Shown here one piece after another: positions 29,929 through 38,665 of a DNA stretch of 61,152 bases; the stretch's first letter is position 1; each line of letters begins with the position of its first letter. The notes under the pieces were generated by a model that did no database searches, was not told where the DNA came from, and saw only the letters and a program-made list of their open reading frames with translations. A program made the position numbers and the translations under genes. The DNA comes from Candidatus Nanohaloarchaea archaeon (lineage in GTDB: Archaea; Nanohalarchaeota; Nanosalinia; Nanosalinales; Nanosalinaceae): positions 1 through 61,152 of the forward strand of contig JBEQAY010000002.1 in assembly GCA_041640075.1 (NCBI GenBank). The letters run 5' to 3'.

Positions 29929-30618
29929 ATGGATACGTCGGAAGCAATCACCATTTCGTACAGCGGAGGAAAAGACTTCGAGATACTTGTAGACCCTGAT
30001 CTCGCGAAAGAGGCAAAGCTTGAGGGAGAGGACCATGATATAAAGAGGCTGCTCTTCGTACAGGAAGTCTTCACAGATGCCGGAGCAGGAGAACGAGCTT
30101 CATCCGACGAACTAGAACAGGAATTCAATACCAAACAGATAATGGAAGCAGCAGAAGATATCTTCGAGAAAGGAGAGATGCAGCTGACAACCGATCAAAA
30201 AGCAGAGATGCGGGACGAGAAATACAAGCAAGTTGTAAACATGATTGCCCGCAGAGTCCAGAACCCGCAGACCGGAAACCCACACCCGCCGAACAGGATC
30301 GAAAACGCACTTGACGAAGCCGGATTCCACATCCAGGCAATGGATGACGTCGAGGAAAAATTCGAGGAAGCAGTCGACATGCTCAAACCGATCATCCCTG
30401 TCTCACTGGAGGAAAAGACCATGGCGGTCAAGATCCCGAACGATAAAACCGGGAAAGCCTATGACATACTCCAGCAGAAAACCGATCTGGAGGAAGAGCA
30501 GTGGGGCAACGAATACTTCTACGCAAAAATAACAATGCCCGCAGGAGTCCTAGAAGAACTGATGCGGGAAATACAGGAAGCAACAGGCGGAGACGCAGTA
30601 TTCACGGAAGATACCTAG
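29929..30618 (+). CDS. sdo1: Ribosome maturation factor SBDS/Sdo1
   Basis: FEILVDP, QLTTDQ, NPQTGNPHPPNRIENA. Confidence 0.95.
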   Translation: MDTSEAITISYSGGKDFEILVDPDLAKEAKLEGEDHDIKRLLFVQEVFTDAGAGERASSDELEQEFNTKQIMEAAEDIFEKGEMQLTTDQKAEMRDEKYKQVVNMIARRVQNPQTGNPHPPNRIENALDEAGFHIQAMDDVEEKFEEAVDMLKPIIPVSLEEKTMAVKIPNDKTGKAYDILQQKTDLEEEQWGNEYFYAKITMPAGVLEELMREIQEATGGDAVFTEDT

Positions 30619-30635
30619 AGAGCCGGTATAACCGG

Positions 30636-31226
30636 TCAGTGAGCGCTTTCGAGATGTGTAAGCTGCACCCAGGCTTCACGACAATCTTCGAGAAGAGCTC
30701 GGTTATTGGCGCTCTTCAGATTAAAGTATAGGCCAGGGTGTTGATCATTACCATTGTAAACTTCGTCTAATCTCTGTATCAGCTCTCTACTAGTCGTTTC
30801 CTCTTTTCTCTCAAGTTTTTTATCTTCCTTGATTGCGGATTCGACTTCTTCACGCGGTATCCTGCCTATCAGGCTCTGAAGCCTCTGTCTTTTTTCTTCA
30901 GAAAGATCCTGCCTCTGAATTCTGTTCATTAGCTGTACATAAGTTTTCTCGTCTTCTTCAAGCCTCTCTATTTCTTTTCTGATCTCTTTCTCTGACCTAA
31001 TATCTTTTGCAAGATGATGGCACGTCTCTACGAACAGATCAACAATTTTATCGAGGTCCACGTTACTACGTGTTTTTCCGGCGTTCTCTTCCAGATGTTC
31101 GATTTTTTCTTCAACTGTTCTGAGGTCTCCCTCTACTTTACTCTCCTTCTCTTCTTCATCAGACATGAGGTCCTGGAGTTCTTCCTGTATCTCCTGTATG
31201 CTTTCAAGCTTGCTGTCAGACGACAT
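30636..31226 (-). CDS. Hypothetical coiled-coil protein
   Basis: E/K-rich heptads; inserted antisense between sdo1 and rrp4. Confidence 0.6.
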   Translation of the reverse strand: MSSDSKLESIQEIQEELQDLMSDEEEKESKVEGDLRTVEEKIEHLEENAGKTRSNVDLDKIVDLFVETCHHLAKDIRSEKEIRKEIERLEEDEKTYVQLMNRIQRQDLSEEKRQRLQSLIGRIPREEVESAIKEDKKLERKEETTSRELIQRLDEVYNGNDQHPGLYFNLKSANNRALLEDCREAWVQLTHLESAH

Positions 31227-31395
31227 AGATATATTTTGGTCACGGCCGGATAAATAAAATGTCTGCAGCGTTTGGATCAATGACTTTTGTAGACGAGGAT
31301 ATAAAACATGTTTAAAAAAGTTCTACGCTGTTTTGTTTATATAAACCAAGTTTCTCACTGTGTGAGATTGGACTAATTAAGAGGTAATACTGTAT

Positions 31396-32085
31396 ATGTC
31401 ACGTGTAAAAGAGGAAAATGAAATTGTTGCTCCCGGTGATCTTCTGACGGATGAGGATGATGTCCGTCCGAGCTCCGGAGTATACGCTGAAGAAGGTAAA
31501 ATCTATTCACAACACATTGGTACCGTCAAGTACGGTAGTAGTAATGTCCGTGTCCAGCCTATGGATGGGCGTTATATCCCTGAAGAAGGGGATGTAGTCA
31601 TCGCAGAGATCAGCCGAGTAAGTTACTCACGCTGGAACCTGGATCTGGATTCTCCTTACGAAGGAACTCTGGACATTTCAGAGGCTTCGGATCAGTACGT
31701 TGACCTGGATGAGGACGACCTAACTGATTTCTACGACGTTGGAGACGCTGTAGTTGCCAAAGTTACATCCGTCTCAGAGTCGATGGATGTCGACCTGACT
31801 ATGCTTGATGACCGGTGCAGGAAGCTTGAAGAAGGTCGGATTATCAATATCTCGCCTCACAAGGTTCCGAGAGTTATCGGGCGTCAGGGAACGATGGTTC
31901 AGCAGATCAATGAGAAGACTAACTGCCATGTAATTGTAGGGCAGAACGGTCTTGTATGGATCAACGGAGAGAACCCGACAGTCGCTGCTGAAGCAGTCAA
32001 GAAAGTTGAAGAAGAAGCTCATACAGATGGATTGACCGATAGAATCGGTGAATGGATAGACGAGCAGATCGAAGGTGATCAATAA
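31396..32085 (+). CDS. rrp4: Exosome RNA-binding protein Rrp4
   Basis: YIPEEGDVVI S1 domain, KVPRVIGRQG KH, GQNGLVW. Confidence 0.95.
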   Translation: MSRVKEENEIVAPGDLLTDEDDVRPSSGVYAEEGKIYSQHIGTVKYGSSNVRVQPMDGRYIPEEGDVVIAEISRVSYSRWNLDLDSPYEGTLDISEASDQYVDLDEDDLTDFYDVGDAVVAKVTSVSESMDVDLTMLDDRCRKLEEGRIINISPHKVPRVIGRQGTMVQQINEKTNCHVIVGQNGLVWINGENPTVAAEAVKKVEEEAHTDGLTDRIGEWIDEQIEGDQ

Positions 32086-32849
32086 TGAGCGAAGAAGAAA
32101 CTGAATGGTTTGACGAAGACGGAAACCGTGTAGACGGTAGAAAAGCAGATGAGCTCAGAGAGACGACTATGGAAGTCGGAGTCCTTGAAGAAGCAGACGG
32201 TTCAGCGATGGTTGAAATCGGAAACACACGCGTTATCGCGTCAGTTTTCGGACCACAGGACCTGCACCCAAAGCATCTTCAGGAATCTGACAGAGCAGTC
32301 ATCAAAATGAGGTACAACATGGCTCCATTCTCAGTAGACGACAGGATGAGTCCTGGACCAAACAGAAGAGCCCAGGAAATCGAGCTTGTCGCAAAGAGAG
32401 CTCTTGAACCTGCACTGGAACTTGAAAGATTCCCGACCGCTGGAATAGACATCTCAATGGAGGTAGTCGAGTCCGACGGAGGGACACGTGTAACAGGTAT
32501 CACAGCAGCCAGTCTTGCACTTGCAGACGCTGGAATCCCTATGAAGGGAATGGTTTCAGCATGTGCCTCAGGAGTAGTCGACGAAACACCTGTACTGGAC
32601 GTCAACGGGAAGGAAGACAAGGAAGGAAACGCAGACATCCCGATCGCGACCATCAACAGGACTGACGACGACACAGAGTCCACGGAAGATGACAGGATTA
32701 CTCTTCTGCAGATGGACGGAGACCTGACAACCGAACAGGTCGATGACTGTGTTGCTCTTGCAAAGAAAGGCTGTAATAAGTTGTATGAGCAGCAGCGCAG
32801 GACGATACTTGAAAAGTACAACGCATCAGAAGAAGGAGGTGAACGGTGA
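32085..32849 (+). CDS. rrp41: Exosome RNase PH subunit Rrp41
   Basis: RVDGRKADELR, ADGSA, YNMAPFS, DGGTR, LADAGIPM. Confidence 0.96.
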   Translation: MSEEETEWFDEDGNRVDGRKADELRETTMEVGVLEEADGSAMVEIGNTRVIASVFGPQDLHPKHLQESDRAVIKMRYNMAPFSVDDRMSPGPNRRAQEIELVAKRALEPALELERFPTAGIDISMEVVESDGGTRVTGITAASLALADAGIPMKGMVSACASGVVDETPVLDVNGKEDKEGNADIPIATINRTDDDTESTEDDRITLLQMDGDLTTEQVDDCVALAKKGCNKLYEQQRRTILEKYNASEEGGER

Positions 32850-32917
32850 ATGCTACGAGCTTTCACCTCGCAGAAAATCGAAGATTTTCGAGTGGTATTC
32901 ACCGGGGGTGAATACTA

Positions 32918-33706
32918 ATGAAATTGAACGAGAGAGACATCAGACAGAAGGTTAAGGAAGGAAATAGACACGACGGCAGAGATCTTGAAGAGTACAGAGA
33001 TATCGAAATCGACGCAGGCTACATCAACGAGACCTCTAACGGATCTGCACTCGTCAAGATCGGTGAGACACAGGTTCTTGTCGGTGTCAGCATCGATGTA
33101 GAGTCTCCTTACCCGGACAGACCGGAATCAGGAACAATCGTCACGAACGCGGAGCTTGCTCCGATGGCGGACAGAGAGTTCGAATCTGGCCCTCCAAGAG
33201 AACAGGGAGTCGAGCTCGCAAGAGTCGTTGACAGAGGTATCAGAGAATCTGAAGCAATCGATCTACAGGATCTGTGTATTGAACCTGGTGAAAAGGTTTA
33301 CACAGTTTTCATCGACGTTCACATCCTGAACAACGATGGAAACCTTATCGATGCTTCCAGCCTCGCAGCTATGGCAGCTTTGAAGGACGGACACCTGCCA
33401 GAGTACGATGAAGAATCTGGAGAACTTGACAGAGACACAAAGTGGAAGGATATCGAACTTTCCACAGAGCCTGTCACCGCTACTGCACGTAAGATTAACG
33501 GTGAGACAGTCTTCGACACTACACGTGAAGAGGAAGAGGCTCAGGACGCAAGACTGACTGTTTCCATCGATCAGGACGGACAGGTCGTCGCCATGCAGAA
33601 GGGAGAGATACAACCTTACAGCAGTGACGAGATTTCTGAAGCGATGGATAAAATCCGAGAGAAAACCGGAAAGTTCCGCAGCCTGATTGAGGAGGCTGTG
33701 GAATAA
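32918..33706 (+). CDS. rrp42: Exosome subunit Rrp42
   Basis: RHDGR, FESGPP, ELARVVDRGIRES, DGNLIDA. Confidence 0.96.
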   Translation: MKLNERDIRQKVKEGNRHDGRDLEEYRDIEIDAGYINETSNGSALVKIGETQVLVGVSIDVESPYPDRPESGTIVTNAELAPMADREFESGPPREQGVELARVVDRGIRESEAIDLQDLCIEPGEKVYTVFIDVHILNNDGNLIDASSLAAMAALKDGHLPEYDEESGELDRDTKWKDIELSTEPVTATARKINGETVFDTTREEEEAQDARLTVSIDQDGQVVAMQKGEIQPYSSDEISEAMDKIREKTGKFRSLIEEAVE

Positions 33707-33745
33707 AAAACTTTCCTTTCATTTAATTCCTAGGAGTGATTAAAA

Positions 33746-34015
33746 ATGGCATCTAACAAGTCCTCTAAAAGATTCGGAGCTCGTTACGGGAGCAGGATCA
33801 GGAAAAACGTTGACAAGGCAGAACAGAAACATGAAGGATACGAGCGTGTAGCCGCAGGTATCTGGAAAGACAAGGAAACAGGGAAGAAAGTTGCCGGTGG
33901 CGCATTCAAGCCGGATACAGGAGCAGAAGAAATCCTGGACAAAGCACTCAAGTCCGGAGTAAAAGTTGAACTTGAAGAACTTGAGGAAGCAAAAGAAGAA
34001 CTGGAGGAAGAGTGA
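33746..34015 (+). CDS. rpl37ae: Ribosomal protein L37Ae (eL43), cysteine-free variant
   Basis: RFGARYG..IRK, R...GIW, AGGAF.P; canonical position between rrp42 and rpoP. Confidence 0.88.
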   Translation: MASNKSSKRFGARYGSRIRKNVDKAEQKHEGYERVAAGIWKDKETGKKVAGGAFKPDTGAEEILDKALKSGVKVELEELEEAKEELEEE

Positions 34016-34020
34016 TCTCC

Positions 34021-34161
34021 ATGGCAGGATACGTATGTGTTAACTGTGAAGAGGAAGTAGACCTGGACCCTATCGACGAAAAAGTAATCTGTCCAAAATG
34101 CAGTCACAGAGTACTTTTCAAGAAGAGACCTGAGACACCGTCAAAGGTCGAGGCAATTTAA
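34021..34161 (+). CDS. rpoP: RNA polymerase subunit P (Rpo12); not in the ORF track
   Basis: MAGYVCVNC...ICPKCSHRVLFKKRP zinc ribbon, 46 aa. Confidence 0.93.
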   Translation: MAGYVCVNCEEEVDLDPIDEKVICPKCSHRVLFKKRPETPSKVEAI

Positions 34162-34165
34162 AGCA

Positions 34166-34384
34166 ATGAATTCAAGTTTGGAAATAGATACTCAGTCACC
34201 TGAAAAGGTGAAAGAGGTGCTTGAACCAAGTCTTGACGAAAGCAAGCAGGTCAAGCACGAGATAATTTCAGTTAAGAACCGGATACGGATTAATACGGAG
34301 ACAGAGACCCTCGGACAGTTACGAGGAGCTACAGATGGAGTTTTCAGGCTTTCAAGCCTGGCTAAGAAGATTATAGAAAGATAG
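34166..34384 (+). CDS. pcc1: KEOPS complex subunit Pcc1
   Basis: 72 aa, conserved position after rpoP, 'LGQLRGA' helix. Confidence 0.75.
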   Translation: MNSSLEIDTQSPEKVKEVLEPSLDESKQVKHEIISVKNRIRINTETETLGQLRGATDGVFRLSSLAKKIIER

Positions 34385-34402
34385 AACACAAAGGTGATTT
34401 TT

Positions 34403-34738
34403 ATGACAGACGAAGAACAAGACGCACAGAACATTATGATGGAAATGCAGCAGACACAGGGACAGCTGCAGCAGGTAACCACTCAAAAAGAACAGACAGA
34501 ATCAGAGCTTCAGGGGATCAAGAAATCTCTTGATGAACTGGATGAGGAAGCAGACGGAGAAGTATACAAGTCCGTTGGAAACATCCTTGTCGAGAAGGAT
34601 AGAAATGATCTGATCGAAGAGATGGAGGAGAAGAAGGAGACTCTTGAGCTCAGAATGGATAGTCTTGAGAAGAAAGAGGAGAGACTTCAGAAAAAGATGC
34701 AGGAAACACAGCAGAAGTTCACTGACCTTCAGGGCTGA
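34403..34738 (+). CDS. pfdB: Prefoldin beta subunit
   Basis: Coiled coil - VYKSVGNILV hairpin - coiled coil. Confidence 0.92.
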   Translation: MTDEEQDAQNIMMEMQQTQGQLQQVTTQKEQTESELQGIKKSLDELDEEADGEVYKSVGNILVEKDRNDLIEEMEEKKETLELRMDSLEKKEERLQKKMQETQQKFTDLQG

Positions 34739-34743
34739 TTTTC

Positions 34744-34989
34744 ATGCCTTCAGTTGAGTCCGTGACACAGCAGATGCGGGACCTTGCAGATCAGAATGCA
34801 GTACCTTCCAACGTCGCAGAGATGATAAGGGAGGCAGCTGAAGAGCTTGAAAACGAGGATAAGGATCTTTCCGTCCGTGTAAACACGGCTTCTTCACTGC
34901 TTGATCAGGTTTCAAACGACCCTAACATCAAGCAGCATACAAGGACAGAGATCTGGAACCTTGCTTCAAAGACCGAGAGCCTGGAGTAA
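34744..34989 (+). CDS. UPF0147 family protein
   Basis: VPSNV, VSNDPNI..HTRT.IWN. Confidence 0.85.
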   Translation: MPSVESVTQQMRDLADQNAVPSNVAEMIREAAEELENEDKDLSVRVNTASSLLDQVSNDPNIKQHTRTEIWNLASKTESLE

Positions 34990-35046
34990 AGAACAAGCTA
35001 TAAAAGTATCAGATACCCGCTTACAACTAGGAGGTAATTAATACTA

Positions 35047-35418
35047 ATGCCATTTGACTTTCTGAAAAAAAACGAATCCAGTGACTCCAACGATCAGGTC
35101 ATCGAAGACGACTTTGTCGAACTTGACGCGGAGATGAAAAAAGGTAACAAAAAAGTCGTCATAAGAGCCGAGACTCTCCAAGAGTTCGACGACATAGAGA
35201 ACGTTCAGGAGCACTTGAGAAACGATCACGTTGTCTGGATCAACATAGCTCCACTGAAGAACAAGGACATGACCAACCTGAAGAGAGCAGTCAACCGTTT
35301 GAAGAAGACTATCAAGGCAATCGACGGAGATATGGCCGGCGTTGATGAGTCATGGATTGTTGCATGTCCAAGCTACGCAGAGATTGCAAGAAGCACCAAA
35401 GAACAGGGAAGCAGCTAG
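35047..35418 (+). CDS. sepF: Cell division protein SepF
   Basis: LRNDHVVWINI, LKRAV..LK, IDGDMAG, IVACP. Confidence 0.85.
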   Translation: MPFDFLKKNESSDSNDQVIEDDFVELDAEMKKGNKKVVIRAETLQEFDDIENVQEHLRNDHVVWINIAPLKNKDMTNLKRAVNRLKKTIKAIDGDMAGVDESWIVACPSYAEIARSTKEQGSS

Positions 35419-35437
35419 AATAATTTCTCTATTTTTA

Positions 35438-35713
35438 CTATTCGTCATCCCGTACAGGAGGACCCCCTGCATCAGCGATGCCCAGGGTATCAAGTACTTC
35501 CATCATCCTGTCCTCCAACCAGTCTATACTTTCTCCCATCTCCCCAATTCCGAAGATAACGAATTTCTCAACACAGTCCTTGCAGTACCAGTTACCGTCG
35601 AACTTGATGACATTGTCAGAATAACTTTTGCGGGGATCAAGTGACTCCTCAGGCTTTTCACCACCCCAGTCCATCAACTCACCACAGTTATGGCATTTTA
35701 TCTCGTATACCAT
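35438..35713 (-). CDS. Small zinc-finger protein
   Basis: CHNCG ... YCKDC. Confidence 0.65.
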   Translation of the reverse strand: MVYEIKCHNCGELMDWGGEKPEESLDPRKSYSDNVIKFDGNWYCKDCVEKFVIFGIGEMGESIDWLEDRMMEVLDTLGIADAGGPPVRDDE

Positions 35714-35797
35714 GTGAAAGATTTGTACAGTCCTTGCTTATAACTTATTCCAGAACCTCAATGAAGAGTGAAATTAAGAGTAAGAAGGGAAAATAAG

Positions 35798-37672
35798 TTA
35801 GTTCAGCCGCATTGCTTCCAGGTTCTGCGGTGCTGATGTGTCAACATGCAGGATCTTGTGAAGTGAAGATGCCAGGCTGAAGCACTTGGATTCCTCCCCG
35901 TGGTTACAGAGAATCCTGTTCGGTGTAGACCTCAGGTTCTTGCAGTAATTTATGATCTGCTGTCTGTCCGAGTGAGCGGAGAAACCTGACACTGTTGAAG
36001 TATCCAGGTTCACATCGATTTTCTCGCCATCTATCTCGACCTGGTCGGCCCCGCTCTGGATCTTTCTACCAAGTGATCCCTCAAACTGGTATCCGACGAA
36101 GATCAGTGAGTTATCTGGATCATCGGCGAACTCCTTCAGGTAGGACATTACAGGTCCTCCTGTGATGCTTCCGGAAGTTGTCAGGATTACACATGGTCCT
36201 TCCTTGAAAACCTCTTTTCTCTCGTTGTAGCTTCCAACTGTTTCGATGTTTTCCTTGAGGAATGGTGAGTTGTCTCTGTGAACTTTGTCCTGTACTTTTT
36301 CTGAAAGGAATTCTGGGTATGCTGTGTGGAGAGCGTTCGCTCCCTTGATCATACCGTCGATGTAGACAGGATAGTCGAAGTAGTCCCTGTCCATCTCGTC
36401 TGCCAGAAGACCAAGAATTTCCTGTGATCTCCCCACTGCGAAAACAGGCACTATGACCTTACCACCTTTGTTCAACGTCTGCTTCATCTTTGAGAGGAAC
36501 TTCTTATTCGATTCGTCCCTTGGAGTCTGCTTGTCATCCTTACCCCCATAAGTGGATTCGGTAATCATCGTCTCCACCCGCTGGAAGTTCGTATCCGCAG
36601 CGCGCAGCATCTCCGTGTTATCATAGTTATAATCTCCAGTGTACAGGATGTTATGGAGTCCTTCTCCCACGTGGATATGGCAGAGTGAAGAACCGATGAT
36701 GTGGCCTGAATTCTTCAAAGTAAGCCTCATATCTGGTGTAATATCTGTAACCTCATCGAACTCTGGCGTAATAGTCCTCTTCACGGCTTTCTTGATGTGT
36801 GTAGAGTCATAAGGTGCGTCTCCTCCTTCACCATGCGCAAGACCGATGTAATCAAGTGTAAGCATGATCATCAGATCTCTTGTCGGTTCTGTACAGTAAA
36901 GCGGTCCATCGTATCCCATCTTGTACAGGTACGGTATCATTCCACAGTGATCCATGTGTGCGTGGCTTAGAACTACTGCATCCAGATTTCTGAGATCAAG
37001 CTCCGGCGCGTTCAAGTATGGAAAGTTTTCAGGCGTTCCTGGTTCTGCACTCGGGTTTATACCGCAGTCAAGAAGAACATTGGATTCTTCTGTTTGCAGC
37101 AGGAAACAGGATCTTCCGACCTGCCTGCAGCTTCCAAGAGTGGAAATCCTAATCCATTCATCTCCTACGGATTTCTTCAATCGGATTTTCTCCCCTACTT
37201 CATGCAGAAAATCTTTTCGGAAATCCGGATCCTCTACTGTAAGCTCTCGTGCGCGGTCAACAACTTTGGAGTCAATCGCAGGTACTCTTTCAACCTGTGG
37301 TGCCCAGAGAGTTTCTTCTCTAATCTCCTGAAGTCCTTCACCGCTTTTACCGATGACCGATCCAGGTTTTTCAGCCCTTATAACTACTTTTCCAAGACTT
37401 GGCTGGAAAATAATCTCATCTAGACCTGCCTCTTCATCAAGTAATTCTTTCAGTCTTGACTTGGCCTTGTCAGGGTCGTGTGAAAGTTTCTGTGTAGGTC
37501 TTACCTCCACTCTTTTCTTTATTTTTGAAACTATCTCTTTCACTGTCTGAGAGTTATCAAGGAAAAAATCCTCACTCTCTGTATACAGTACTACATCCGA
37601 TGCCTCGTACCTTAAGTCCTTGACGTTTGCGTCAGGTGGTAGAAGGCTTTTTACGTCTTCTAAGTCATCCAT
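35798..37672 (-). CDS. fttA: beta-CASP ribonuclease aCPSF1 / transcription termination factor FttA
   Basis: N-terminal KH domains, SHAHMDH, GHIIGS, ESTYG, FSAHSD, HGE; canonical neighbour of psmB. Confidence 0.95.
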   Translation of the reverse strand: MDDLEDVKSLLPPDANVKDLRYEASDVVLYTESEDFFLDNSQTVKEIVSKIKKRVEVRPTQKLSHDPDKAKSRLKELLDEEAGLDEIIFQPSLGKVVIRAEKPGSVIGKSGEGLQEIREETLWAPQVERVPAIDSKVVDRARELTVEDPDFRKDFLHEVGEKIRLKKSVGDEWIRISTLGSCRQVGRSCFLLQTEESNVLLDCGINPSAEPGTPENFPYLNAPELDLRNLDAVVLSHAHMDHCGMIPYLYKMGYDGPLYCTEPTRDLMIMLTLDYIGLAHGEGGDAPYDSTHIKKAVKRTITPEFDEVTDITPDMRLTLKNSGHIIGSSLCHIHVGEGLHNILYTGDYNYDNTEMLRAADTNFQRVETMITESTYGGKDDKQTPRDESNKKFLSKMKQTLNKGGKVIVPVFAVGRSQEILGLLADEMDRDYFDYPVYIDGMIKGANALHTAYPEFLSEKVQDKVHRDNSPFLKENIETVGSYNERKEVFKEGPCVILTTSGSITGGPVMSYLKEFADDPDNSLIFVGYQFEGSLGRKIQSGADQVEIDGEKIDVNLDTSTVSGFSAHSDRQQIINYCKNLRSTPNRILCNHGEESKCFSLASSLHKILHVDTSAPQNLEAMRLN

Positions 37673-37752
37673 TTTGATTTCAAACCTCTCTATTAAATGA
37701 AAATAATTGAAAGATTGAGTTTCTCAAGAAATTTTTGGGGAGTGCTTGAGAG

Positions 37753-38400
37753 TCACTCCAGACTGTGCTGTTCCTCTAGATCCTCGATCACATTGTAACC
37801 TTCTTCTGTGATCTCTGCTACCATTACTCCGTTTCCTGAAGCAGTATCTCTTTCCATAGCGGACTTCACAGCGTTCATGGCTAGTTCCTTGCCTTCTTCA
37901 TGTGAAAGCTCCTCCTCAAATCCATCTTCAAGTACTCCGAAGGCCATCTGGCTTCCGGAACCTGTAGCCGTGTAATCTACATGAGGCATGAGGCCTCCTG
38001 CAGGATCTAGACTGTACAGGATTCCTTCTCCTTCTTCGATACCCCCCAGGATGAACTGGTTCATGAAAGGCATCATCTTGTTAGCATGTAGAATGTTTGC
38101 AAGAAGTGTCCCTGCTCCTTTGACTGAGAGTTCTTTTGTCTCCAGCTTCTTCATGTTGAGCTGGGATCTCATCATCCTTACTACTTTCTGGGCATCTCCT
38201 ACGCTTCCTGCGATGGTCAAGCCGATCTTGTCGTCCAGCTGATAGATCTTCTGTGCATGCTTGTTGCTTACAAGTCTGCCACCAAGAGCTGCACGCTTGT
38301 CGGCTGCAAGGATCACTCCTTCGTCTGTAGTAAGTCCTAGAGTTGTTGTACCAGTTTCAAATTCATCCATGTCTTTCTTCTGTACTTTTTCGTTCTGCAT
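37753..38400 (-). CDS. psmB: Proteasome beta subunit
   Basis: Propeptide then TGTTT, AADKRA, AGSVGDAQ, TGSGS, SAMERD. Confidence 0.96.
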   Translation of the reverse strand: MQNEKVQKKDMDEFETGTTTLGLTTDEGVILAADKRAALGGRLVSNKHAQKIYQLDDKIGLTIAGSVGDAQKVVRMMRSQLNMKKLETKELSVKGAGTLLANILHANKMMPFMNQFILGGIEEGEGILYSLDPAGGLMPHVDYTATGSGSQMAFGVLEDGFEEELSHEEGKELAMNAVKSAMERDTASGNGVMVAEITEEGYNVIEDLEEQHSLE

Positions 38401-38509
38401 GATTATCACGCCCAGAAAAATCTGTAAAGCAAATACTCTACCAAACAAAATAGGTTTTTATCTTTAAATAGATGAACTGCGTCGGCGATACTCGCAGACA
38501 CACGCAGAC

Positions 38510-38526
38510 CGGAAAGGGTTTAAATA
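38510..38526 (+). promoter_or_regulatory. BRE/TATA promoter for micro-ORF 1 and ligase A
   Basis: CGGAAAGGG-TTTAAATA, TATA 30 nt before ATG 38549. Confidence 0.65.
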
Positions 38527-38548
38527 CCTTTACACCATTACAATCGTC

Positions 38549-38614
38549 ATGGTTCAGTCAACAACCAAGGGTGGACGTGTTCTACTCTCGCGAAGCCGTT
38601 TCTATAACCACTGA
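38549..38614 (+). CDS. Putative leader micro-ORF 1 (MVQSTTKGGRVLLSRSRFYNH)
   Basis: ATG at leaderless distance from the TATA box. Confidence 0.4.
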   Translation: MVQSTTKGGRVLLSRSRFYNH

Positions 38615-38665
38615 ATTCTACAGTTCTAAAAATCCTAACTATAATTCAAAGTTCCGAGGTGGCCG

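Noticed and set aside
32279-32902. Long antisense ORFs (also 48320-48928, 27523-28035 and many others)
   Set aside because: Ser/Phe-rich shadows of acidic GAA/GAG-rich genes on the opposite strand
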